A stretch of 48,640 nt of DNA from NCBI GenBank assembly GCA_045601705.1, contig JAZSAE010000027.1, positions 1 through 48,640 on the forward strand, written 5' to 3'. Within the stretch, counting starts at the first letter, position 1. Each line of letters begins with the position of its first letter. The translations under genes and the position numbers were made by a program. Source of the DNA: Clostridia bacterium. Its GTDB lineage: Bacteria > Bacillota > Clostridia > Christensenellales > UBA1242. Shown piece by piece: positions 16,513-25,046 of the stretch. The notes below the pieces were generated by a model. The model made no database searches. It was not told where the DNA came from and saw only the letters and a program-made list of their open reading frames with translations.

Positions 16513-17533
16513 CAATATTTTTGTCTTAATCCTATCGCTGGAACAATACCAAAATACTAATTTACTTTCACAAAAAATTTGTGGACGTACAATGACAGAA
16601 TGGGTTCAACAAGCGACTGCTCCGTTCAAAACCAAATCAATTATGGTTTCCCCAGAAGATGATATTATCACTTTGTTCAAAGATAATATTACAGGTGCAC
16701 CTTTTACCGTAGTTACTTACGTTGATATGCCTTTATTAACGACACAAGACATTTTAGATGCTGTGGATTATTGCTTCCATAAAAACGTGCCTGCCGTTAA
16801 ATTACCACGTGGTTGGGTCTTTAACACTAGTTTAGTTTCCGAAAGTGAAACTTTCCCGGTTACCGATTTTATGGCAGCAAATAAAGCTAATTATCAAGTT
16901 GCTTTCAACAATCTACAAGTTGCTAAAATTCGTAGCGTTATGCAAGAACGTATCAATCAACAACACATTAAAAATGGCGTAACTATCATTGACCCTCACC
17001 ACACCTACATTGATGCAGAAGTTGAATTACATCCAGATGTAACATTAGAACCTAACGTACATTTATGTGGTAAAACTACAATTCACACTGGAACAACTAT
17101 TTTAGATGGTTGTCGCATTGACAATGCCGTTATCGGACAAAACAGTCAAGTTGGACCAAATGCTCATATACGCCCCAACAGCAGTATCGGTAACGGATGT
17201 CGTATTGGTAACTACGTTGAAATTAAACGCTCACGCATTGGCGACGGTACTAAAATTGCACATATGACTTATGTCGGTGATAGTACACTTGGCAAAAACT
17301 GTAACGTCGGTTGTGGTGTCATTTTCTGTAATTATAATGGCAAAACAAAAAGCAATTGTTTAGTCGGTGATAATGCGTTCATCGGTAGTAACTCCTGCCT
17401 TGTAGCACCATTAGAAGTTGGTGCAAGGACTTACATTGCTGCTGGTTCAGTTATCACAGAATCACTACCAGCACAAGCCTTAGGTATCGCACGGGCACGT
17501 CAAGCCATTAAAGAGCATTATGTGACTGAATAA
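16502..17533 (+). CDS. GlmU-like protein: intact left-handed beta-helix acetyltransferase domain, degenerate and shortened N-terminal nucleotidyltransferase domain
   Basis: C-terminal GNYVEIKRSRIGDGTKIAHMTYVGDSTLGKNCNVGCGVIFCNYNGKTK...IGSNSCLVAPLEV...ARARQ aligns with the GlmU acetyltransferase domain. The N-terminus has VLILSLEQYQNTN in place of LAAGxGTRM. Confidence 0.75.
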   Translation: MQNDNIFVLILSLEQYQNTNLLSQKICGRTMTEWVQQATAPFKTKSIMVSPEDDIITLFKDNITGAPFTVVTYVDMPLLTTQDILDAVDYCFHKNVPAVKLPRGWVFNTSLVSESETFPVTDFMAANKANYQVAFNNLQVAKIRSVMQERINQQHIKNGVTIIDPHHTYIDAEVELHPDVTLEPNVHLCGKTTIHTGTTILDGCRIDNAVIGQNSQVGPNAHIRPNSSIGNGCRIGNYVEIKRSRIGDGTKIAHMTYVGDSTLGKNCNVGCGVIFCNYNGKTKSNCLVGDNAFIGSNSCLVAPLEVGARTYIAAGSVITESLPAQALGIARARQAIKEHYVTE

Positions 17534-17828
17534 TTTTACGTAAACGATTAACGAAACCACTTTTGGTAATGTGTAAAATTCCTGCTAATTCTTCGTAAGT
17601 AGCGTCTGGGTTTTCTACACGTGCCGTGGCAGTTTCTTGTAATTTAGCACTTAATTTTTGCAAAGTTCCAGCAGCCTGCATTTCTTTAATGATAGCAATT
17701 TGATGACTGGCCGCTTTGACTTGTTTGTTAATATTCCCCGTATCACAGTTGGCTGCACGGTTAGCATTATTACGAATAATGCCCATAATAATTTTATCAC
17801 ACTTGGTTAAATCAGGATTTTTTTTCAT
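17508..17828 (-). CDS. WhiA C-terminal fragment-like protein (HTH domain only, 106 aa)
   Basis: IRNNANRAANCDTGNINKQVKAASHQIAIIKEM...ARVENPDATYEELAGILHITKSGFVNRLRKI parallels the WhiA C-terminus (NRLVNCETANLNKTV...SKSGINHRLRKI). Confidence 0.65.
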   Translation of the reverse strand: MKKNPDLTKCDKIIMGIIRNNANRAANCDTGNINKQVKAASHQIAIIKEMQAAGTLQKLSAKLQETATARVENPDATYEELAGILHITKSGFVNRLRKIIQSHNAL

Positions 17829-18624
17829 TAACTGCCTTCACAATTTGGTCCAATAATTTTGCTTTTGGACGTTCAAATGGTTTTTCTAAATTTAATATAC
17901 AACTTGGGTCATAATCACATAATTTTAAGAAACTGCCTACACGGTCCATACGCCCAACGTTTTCAGCCTTATGTGCATCGCTATCAATAACAAATTTCAC
18001 ACCCATAGCCACCATACGTTCAAAATCAACCGGACGGAAACTAACTTTCTTGTTATTAAGTTCCATTGCCGTCCCCCGAGCAACACACGCTTTAGCAACT
18101 TCGATAATATCAACACGGAAGTAACGGTTTGGATGCGATAGAATATCAATATTATTTTTTTCAATCACATTGACAACAGCTTTGGTATTCTTGCGAATTA
18201 AACTCTTTGGCGTCCAGTTAATTCCCAAACGACGCATTGCAAACCAAAATATATTTGGTAAATAGTAAGTAAAGAATTGCCAAAATTTTTTTGGTTGTAC
18301 AGAAACGTGAATACCACAAACAATATAATCGTACAAGCGACGTTCGTCTGGCAAAATATCAATATCACCATCCATACCAACTACGTTACATTCCACACCA
18401 TAAAAAGTTTTAATATTATAAGTTTGTCCGGAACGCAAAACTTGTGCTTTATTCATTAAAGCATTTTCAATACGTTTCTTTTTGTTATGCGCACGGTAAT
18501 GAGCATGGTCAGTAATTCCAACTTCCGACAAGCCACGTTTTTTTGCTGCTGCTACATTTTCATCTATTGTGTTTTGTCCATCGCTGTCCAAAGTGTGTGT
18601 ATGATAATCACCATAAACTTTCAT
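17812..18624 (-). CDS. PHP-domain phosphoesterase (histidinol-phosphatase family)
   Basis: MKVYGDYHTHTLDSDG N-terminus and later DSDAH. Start trimmed to ATG 18624. Confidence 0.8.
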   Translation of the reverse strand: MKVYGDYHTHTLDSDGQNTIDENVAAAKKRGLSEVGITDHAHYRAHNKKKRIENALMNKAQVLRSGQTYNIKTFYGVECNVVGMDGDIDILPDERRLYDYIVCGIHVSVQPKKFWQFFTYYLPNIFWFAMRRLGINWTPKSLIRKNTKAVVNVIEKNNIDILSHPNRYFRVDIIEVAKACVARGTAMELNNKKVSFRPVDFERMVAMGVKFVIDSDAHKAENVGRMDRVGSFLKLCDYDPSCILNLEKPFERPKAKLLDQIVKAVNEKKS

Positions 18625-18633
18625 GATGACTTC

Positions 18634-18663
18634 ATTATAGCAAACACAACTGCACTTGGTCAA
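18634..18663 (-). promoter_or_regulatory. Predicted promoter of the PHP/WhiA-fragment operon
   Basis: Minus strand TTGACC (18663-18658), 18 nt, TATAAT (18639-18634), 9 nt, ATG 18624. Confidence 0.5.
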
Positions 18664-18701
18664 TCACTAACAAATTTGAGATTTTTAACATAAAATGCGT
18701 T

Positions 18702-20501
18702 ATGTGTAAAATAAATGGATTTATCAATTTTGCTTATTCCAAAAAGCAAGCCAAACAAATCTTAACCAAAATGAGCCAACAAACGAGTGTTATACCACAC
18801 GAACTCAAAATTTTTAATCATAAAAAAGTCTGTCTCGGCGACCAAGTATTACACTATACTTATCGTGGTCAAACATATACCATTGTTTACCAAGGCGAAC
18901 TGGACAACTTAACAGCTTTATGTCTTTACCTAAAAAAACACCAAATTCAAATTAAAGATGGAACTGATGCTGAGATTATTGTTAAACTTTATGCTTTACT
19001 CGGCGTAAAAATGCTTCATAAAATACAAGGCAATTTTGCTTTTGCGATTTATGAAAACACTCATCAACGCCTCTTCCTTGCACGTGACCAGTTGGGAATT
19101 ATGCCCTTGTTCTATGCTTTAAATCAAAATAGTTTAGCTTTCTCAGCAAAAATTAGTGCGCTTTTTGTACATCCAACAATTAGGCCGTGTGTTAATCTTG
19201 ACGGCTTACGTGAATTGTTTGGCGTTTGTCCAGCACGAACACCCGGCAAAACCGTTTACAAAAATATTTATGAAATTAAACCTGGCGAATATGGGTACTG
19301 GCAAAACGGTAAATTAACCACAAAAACTTACTTTAAATTTAAAAGTCAACCTCACACTGATAATATTGCTACAACAGCAAAAAAGATACGTAAACTACTG
19401 GCTACTTGTGTCCAACAACAATACAGCAGTAACCAGCGTGTCGGTTTAATGTTAAGTGGTGGTTTAGATTCCAGTACGATTACAGCACTGGCAGCACAAA
19501 CACAAACAAACTTAAAAACTTTTTCCGTAGATTATGTCGGTAATCAAGAAAATTTCAAACCAACAGACTTCTCAGCTTCACGAGATAATTACTACATTGA
19601 TTTAATGGCACACCAACACCAAACTCAACACAACTACCAACTTCTTAATTCAACCGACCTTTGCAATACTTTACACGAAGCTTTAATTGCTCGTGATTAC
19701 CCAGCAATGGCAGATATTGATAGTTCACTACTTCTCTTTTGCCGTGAGTTAAAAGAACACATTGATGTTTGTTTGAGTGGTGAATTTGCTGACGAAATCT
19801 TCTGTGGATATCCTTGGTTTTATCGACAAGACACACATCAAGCAACAACTTTTCCATGGTCTATCGATTTAACCATTCGTGAAAATACAGTCGCTAAACA
19901 CCTACGCAGTAAATTAAAACTCAAAGAGTTTGTTGCACAATCTTTCCAAAATGCAGTTGCCGAAGTTCCTGTTTGCACAACAGACACAAATGCCGACCGA
20001 CAAATGAAAACATACAGTTATCTCACGATGCGTTGGTTCGGTTTAAATTTATTAGAACGTGGCGAACGAATGGCATCACAATATAATTTACAAATTCGAA
20101 TGCCATTTACTAATTTAAAACTTGTACAGTATGTCTACAATATTCCTTGGACAATGAAAAATTACAACAATCAAGAAAAAGGAATTTTGCGCACAGCAAT
20201 GCAAAATTTATTACCTAATGAAGTACTAAAACGTAAAAAATGTCCTTACCCAAAAACAGTCGACCCCGTCTATACACAGTTAATCGAACAAAAAATCCGT
20301 GCATTATTAACGGACGAAGACCATCCTGTTTGGCAAATTGTTAATATGGATTACGTCAGTCAAGTCTTAAACGACACTAGCACACAAACAACTCGTCCTT
20401 GGTTTGGACAACTGATGCAACGCCCACAATATTTGGCATTTATCTACCAGATTGCAATATGGCTAGTTGAGTATCAAATTAAATTGGATTTACCTAACTG
20501 A
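18702..20501 (+). CDS. asnB: Asparagine synthase (glutamine-hydrolysing) family protein
   Basis: N-terminal Met-Cys nucleophile (MCKINGF) and PP-loop LMLSGGLDSS. 599 aa. Confidence 0.85.
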   Translation: MCKINGFINFAYSKKQAKQILTKMSQQTSVIPHELKIFNHKKVCLGDQVLHYTYRGQTYTIVYQGELDNLTALCLYLKKHQIQIKDGTDAEIIVKLYALLGVKMLHKIQGNFAFAIYENTHQRLFLARDQLGIMPLFYALNQNSLAFSAKISALFVHPTIRPCVNLDGLRELFGVCPARTPGKTVYKNIYEIKPGEYGYWQNGKLTTKTYFKFKSQPHTDNIATTAKKIRKLLATCVQQQYSSNQRVGLMLSGGLDSSTITALAAQTQTNLKTFSVDYVGNQENFKPTDFSASRDNYYIDLMAHQHQTQHNYQLLNSTDLCNTLHEALIARDYPAMADIDSSLLLFCRELKEHIDVCLSGEFADEIFCGYPWFYRQDTHQATTFPWSIDLTIRENTVAKHLRSKLKLKEFVAQSFQNAVAEVPVCTTDTNADRQMKTYSYLTMRWFGLNLLERGERMASQYNLQIRMPFTNLKLVQYVYNIPWTMKNYNNQEKGILRTAMQNLLPNEVLKRKKCPYPKTVDPVYTQLIEQKIRALLTDEDHPVWQIVNMDYVSQVLNDTSTQTTRPWFGQLMQRPQYLAFIYQIAIWLVEYQIKLDLPN

Positions 20502-22600
20502 TATTTAGCTTTCTCTAATTTAACAAAACCATCACTTTCGAATAATTTTGAATTCAAGAAAATCGAGTCATAAACACGGTTGACGGTCGGCGCAATTGCA
20601 TCAAGTTGCTCTTGACTCAAATCAACACCTATGTAATGGATAAAGTCTAATGTCTTCCAAATTTGCCATTCAATAAATGGTTCACCGGTAATCATATCAA
20701 TACGATTAGTTGATGTTTGATAACCAACAGCACCCCAAGTATAACCCGTTAAATAAGCCACGCCAACGGAAGGTGCATCATCAAAAATGCTACGTCCATA
20801 AGTTAATTGTTGGTCAGTCTTAACCCCAAACAAACTACAAACAGTTGGATAAATATCCATTGTTGAAGTAAAGCGATTTAAAGTGTAACCACATTTTTCT
20901 GGTTCAGTTTTCACAGCATTATCACCTTGCGTTGCCCCACTAACCTTATCAACAATTTGGCGAGGATTATAAACAATAAACGGACAACGATTACCAATTA
21001 AATTGCGTGGGTCCTCGTTTTCTGCTTCCAACATAGAACCATTGGTGTAATAATAATGGTCGCCAAACATAACTAACGCCGTAGTTTCAATAAGTTTCTT
21101 ACCAGGGTGTAGTTTATCATCGGTATTTTTTAAATGATTTAACAAAGCACCAAAACCTCTATCAAAATTATAAGTACCTGCTAAATAATTTTTTGCTGTT
21201 AAAACTTCAACCGGATCTTCTGATAACAATACTGGGTAGATTTTAGTTAACTTGTTCCAATTACTTTCTTCTTCAATGAATTTAAAATCATCAGGGAAAT
21301 AACCATGTAAATCATAACGTTTTGCATTTGTAATATGTGTCGAAACTGTAAGTACATAACTATAAAAATTATGATCATCTGGTGCTATTTTTGATAAATT
21401 TTCAGTAAACAATAAATCATCACGATTAAAAGCAAGTTGTAAAGAATATTTTGAATCAGAATTAGTCATATAATCTTTAGCATTAAAAGAATCAAATCCT
21501 AAACTATTAGTAAAATACTTATCTCTATTATACACTCCTTCACCAGAATTATGAAAAGTATTTGTAGAATAATTACTGCGCTTAAAAATATTTGCTAACG
21601 AGTGTGGAATTTCAACATTTGCATAATTGTTCCAATATTCCTTACCTAAAGGATGCATTCCCGTTTGATTAATATGATCAGTTATACAGGTACGTTCAAT
21701 GCTATAATAACCATTAACCTCGACACAACTTTGTTGCATAAATTTGTATAAATTAGGTGTTGTAATCGGATTAATTGCTTGACGTTCAAATGTTTCCATT
21801 AAAATCATAATCAAATTATTGCCTTCACCTAAAACTTCTTCCTCACTTAAAGCAAACTGATTAGCCATGAGTTCTTTTTCTACATTTAAACCCATCGCAT
21901 TAACTATTTCATGTTTACCACCTAATAATAATAATAAATTATCTAAATAATAACTATAACTACCAAAAGTCTGTAAACTTGCACCACGATTGCTAAATGT
22001 ATCATATACAAATTTCTCACTAGTTAAGTTATTTACATAACCACTGTTATAATTTGGTAAGGTTGAATAAACAAATGTATAACTAAAAAAACTAACAAAT
22101 GCTAAAAAACCACAAAATAAGGATTGTTTTTCAAGATATTGGTATTTTTTAGGTAAATTACAATACCACATTATTAATACTACTGCTACAATATAAATAA
22201 CGATTAAAGTAATAATTGGAATTAAAAATAATAAATTAACATCGACAGCACCTGCATTATTAAATGCTGTAGCTAAGGTTAAAAATGTTTCTAATGAAAA
22301 AATTTCTTTATTAGTTTGGTAAGCAACAAGTGTAGAAATCGTAGTAAATAATTGCCAACCTAAAAAAATAGAACAAATCACTGTTTGCACCCATTTAATA
22401 CGTACCATTGTGGCAATAGTTGCAATAATTAAAACAATACTTAAACTAAAAATGTATATTGGTGGAAAAGGTAAATGCATAACAGTAAACATCACAACTT
22501 CAAGTAAAATTGTAATTAAAACAAAAACTGCAGGTATATAAAGAAAACTTACTCTTTTATATAAAGGCACGTAGGGGTTGTCGTGAAGTTTGAGTTTCAT
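20474..22600 (-). CDS. LTA synthase (LtaS)-family sulfatase-fold transferase with N-terminal TM bundle
   Basis: Five N-terminal TM helices followed by an extracellular sulfatase-like domain (NLIMILMETFER). Start set at ATG 22600. Confidence 0.75.
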   Translation of the reverse strand: MKLKLHDNPYVPLYKRVSFLYIPAVFVLITILLEVVMFTVMHLPFPPIYIFSLSIVLIIATIATMVRIKWVQTVICSIFLGWQLFTTISTLVAYQTNKEIFSLETFLTLATAFNNAGAVDVNLLFLIPIITLIVIYIVAVVLIMWYCNLPKKYQYLEKQSLFCGFLAFVSFFSYTFVYSTLPNYNSGYVNNLTSEKFVYDTFSNRGASLQTFGSYSYYLDNLLLLLGGKHEIVNAMGLNVEKELMANQFALSEEEVLGEGNNLIMILMETFERQAINPITTPNLYKFMQQSCVEVNGYYSIERTCITDHINQTGMHPLGKEYWNNYANVEIPHSLANIFKRSNYSTNTFHNSGEGVYNRDKYFTNSLGFDSFNAKDYMTNSDSKYSLQLAFNRDDLLFTENLSKIAPDDHNFYSYVLTVSTHITNAKRYDLHGYFPDDFKFIEEESNWNKLTKIYPVLLSEDPVEVLTAKNYLAGTYNFDRGFGALLNHLKNTDDKLHPGKKLIETTALVMFGDHYYYTNGSMLEAENEDPRNLIGNRCPFIVYNPRQIVDKVSGATQGDNAVKTEPEKCGYTLNRFTSTMDIYPTVCSLFGVKTDQQLTYGRSIFDDAPSVGVAYLTGYTWGAVGYQTSTNRIDMITGEPFIEWQIWKTLDFIHYIGVDLSQEQLDAIAPTVNRVYDSIFLNSKLFESDGFVKLEKAKYQLGKSNLI

Positions 22601-22606
22601 TTTACT

Positions 22607-22636
22607 ATTATAGTATTTTGAGCAACATTTTGTCAA
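22607..22636 (-). promoter_or_regulatory. Predicted promoter of the LtaS-family gene, leaderless geometry
   Basis: Minus strand TTGACA (22636-22631), 18 nt, TATAAT (22612-22607), 6 nt, ATG 22600. Confidence 0.55.
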
Positions 22637-22648
22637 CTTAGATGACTT

Positions 22649-23686
22649 TTATTTGGTATAACCGTTTGGATTTTGCGAATAAAAACGCCACAAATCACGT
22701 GCCATTGCATCTAAATCATATTGAGCGTGCCATTCTAATTCTTGCTCTGCGTGGCGTGGATCAGCATAACATTCAGCAATATCACCAGCTCGACGTGGTT
22801 TAATTTGATATGGAATTTCACGGCCTGCAGCTTTTTCAAATGCATGTAAAACATCCAAAACACTGTAACCATGTCCTGTACCTAAATTATAGGTATGAAC
22901 CCCAGTTTGTTCTACCTTAGCAATGGCTTGCAAGTGCCCTTGTGCTAAATCACAAACGTGAATGTAATCACGCACACCTGTTCCGTCTGGTGTTGGATAG
23001 TCATTACCAAAAACTTGCAAGAAAGGTAATTTACCGGTTAAAACTTGTGCAATATAAGGCGTCAAATTGTTTGGAATACCTTGTGGGTTTTCACCAATCA
23101 AACCGGATGGATGTGCACCAACTGGATTGAAGTAACGCAAAATCACAGCCGTCCAAGTTTGGTCAGCTTTACATAAGTCACGTAAAATATCTTCAATCAT
23201 TAGTTTAGTTGCACCGTATGGGTTAGTTGTACGTAAAGCACAATCTTCAGTTAATGGTAAAACTTCTGGATTACCATAAACTGTGGCACTTGATGAGAAA
23301 ACAATTTTCTTGCAACCAGCAGCTTCCATAACAGCCAACAAAGATAAAGTTCCATTTAAATTATTTTCGTAATAACGTAATGGTTGGGCAACACTTTCAC
23401 CCACAGCTTTCAAAGCTGCAAAATGAATTACCCAATCAATTTGATGTTTTTCAAAAACCTCTGCTAATTGAGTACGATTACGTAAATCAATATGATACCA
23501 CGGAAAAGTTTTTCCTGTAATTTCAGTAACACGTTCCAAACTAATTGGTGAACTATTGACAAAGTTATCAACAACGACAATATCATAACCTTGTTCTAAT
23601 AAATTCACACAAGTATGACTGCCAATATAACCAGCTCCACCAGTAACCAAGACTGTTGTTTTTTTTGTTTTTTCTGTTGCTTTCAT
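22649..23686 (-). CDS. galE: UDP-glucose 4-epimerase
   Basis: VLVTGGAGYIGSH Rossmann motif, YGATK catalytic motif, GalE-like length (345 aa). Confidence 0.9.
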   Translation of the reverse strand: MKATEKTKKTTVLVTGGAGYIGSHTCVNLLEQGYDIVVVDNFVNSSPISLERVTEITGKTFPWYHIDLRNRTQLAEVFEKHQIDWVIHFAALKAVGESVAQPLRYYENNLNGTLSLLAVMEAAGCKKIVFSSSATVYGNPEVLPLTEDCALRTTNPYGATKLMIEDILRDLCKADQTWTAVILRYFNPVGAHPSGLIGENPQGIPNNLTPYIAQVLTGKLPFLQVFGNDYPTPDGTGVRDYIHVCDLAQGHLQAIAKVEQTGVHTYNLGTGHGYSVLDVLHAFEKAAGREIPYQIKPRRAGDIAECYADPRHAEQELEWHAQYDLDAMARDLWRFYSQNPNGYTK

Positions 23687-23704
23687 TACTTATAGTTTAC
23701 TGAG

Positions 23705-24364
23705 TTAATAATTAACTGGCAACTTATATTGTACGAAAAATTGAGACCAGGTCCATAAAACTACACTCAATAACAAACCACCAACAACATCGGTAAACCA
23801 ATGATAGCCACAATATAAGCGTGCTATAACACCTACAGTCATCAAGACTAAGCCACCAATTACACAAATTCGACGCCACGTTGTTGATGACAAATTATAC
23901 CAACAAGTACACAATATCAACGGCCACAATGTAGCAACCAACAAAATATGAGATGATGGATACGAGACTTCAGCAATACCATCTAACAAAATGGGACGAT
24001 AGTTAATAACGACAAATTGAAACAACAGATAACATAAGCCTAAAACAATGATTGTGATATCAAACACCCACCAATGCAATGTCAACGCACGCAAACTTTT
24101 ACCACGCAGAATAATCACAAATTGCCAAACTAACATTCCGACTAGTGCCAGTAAAGTAACACCAACAATAATATCCGAAATGAGATGCCAAACGCTTTGT
24201 ACACCTAATAAATCACGCCACCATAAATTGATGGTTGCCCAACCAATTGGACCAGTAGCAGTACTTTGGACGTCAACACAAAGCAAAGTAACCGTTAAGA
24301 CAACAAAGAAAATCGTGCAACTTAATGCCGTAAAAAACCATCCCCACTGCTTACGTGTCAACAT
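23705..24364 (-). CDS. PAP2-family membrane phosphatase (candidate undecaprenyl-diphosphate/lipid phosphatase)
   Basis: PAP2 motifs YPSSH and YCGYHWFTDVVGG. Start trimmed to ATG 24364 to remove the overlap with the upstream gene. Confidence 0.75.
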   Translation of the reverse strand: MLTRKQWGWFFTALSCTIFFVVLTVTLLCVDVQSTATGPIGWATINLWWRDLLGVQSVWHLISDIIVGVTLLALVGMLVWQFVIILRGKSLRALTLHWWVFDITIIVLGLCYLLFQFVVINYRPILLDGIAEVSYPSSHILLVATLWPLILCTCWYNLSSTTWRRICVIGGLVLMTVGVIARLYCGYHWFTDVVGGLLLSVVLWTWSQFFVQYKLPVNY

Positions 24365-24368
24365 TAAC

Positions 24369-25037
24369 TTAGTTTGCCTCAGGTGCGTCGGTTTGATACT
24401 GTTCAACTGTCGCAACTTGTGCACGACGTTTTTTCACAAAGTGCATAATTAAACGATAGACAATGTAGACAGCAATTAAAGTCAAGAAGATAATTAAGAA
24501 AAGACGACTAAATTGTGGGAACACTTGGCAAAGTGATGCAATGATAAGACCACAAACGGTATTACCCACAACTACAACAGCGCAAATTGCCCAGAAGTTC
24601 AATCCTAATAAAACAGCAAAACAAGTACCCGTCCAAACACCAGTACCAGGAGCAGGGAAAGCGACAAACAAGAAAACTGCTAACATTTTTAACCAAAACG
24701 CACGTATTGAACTTTTGGTTTGATTTTCTTCTTTCATTTTATCGGAACGTTTTGCAACGTCGCCCACGATAAAATCAAGAATAGCTTTGAAAAATTTTTT
24801 AGTCTTCAACCAATTATAAATTGGACGGAAAACCAAAGCCAAAACAGGAACGACCAAGCAACTACCTAACAAAGCCCAACCAAATGACTGCCAAACGTTT
24901 AAGGCTGATTCACCCCAGACACCTGTGTCAATACCCAGCGTAATACCACCTTTTAACTCCAACAAAGGCAACAACGAAACGAATATCGTTGCTAAAATCG
25001 AATTACTTCCAAAAATTGCAGTTAAAATTTCTCCCAT
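24369..25037 (-). CDS. COG2426/small multidrug export-like membrane protein
   Basis: LLPLLELKGGITLGI and AFPAPGTGVWTG blocks resemble the Sm_multidrug_ex family as I recall it. Not verified by search. Confidence 0.55.
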   Translation of the reverse strand: MGEILTAIFGSNSILATIFVSLLPLLELKGGITLGIDTGVWGESALNVWQSFGWALLGSCLVVPVLALVFRPIYNWLKTKKFFKAILDFIVGDVAKRSDKMKEENQTKSSIRAFWLKMLAVFLFVAFPAPGTGVWTGTCFAVLLGLNFWAICAVVVVGNTVCGLIIASLCQVFPQFSRLFLIIFLTLIAVYIVYRLIMHFVKKRRAQVATVEQYQTDAPEAN

Positions 25038-25046
25038 ATCTTCTCC

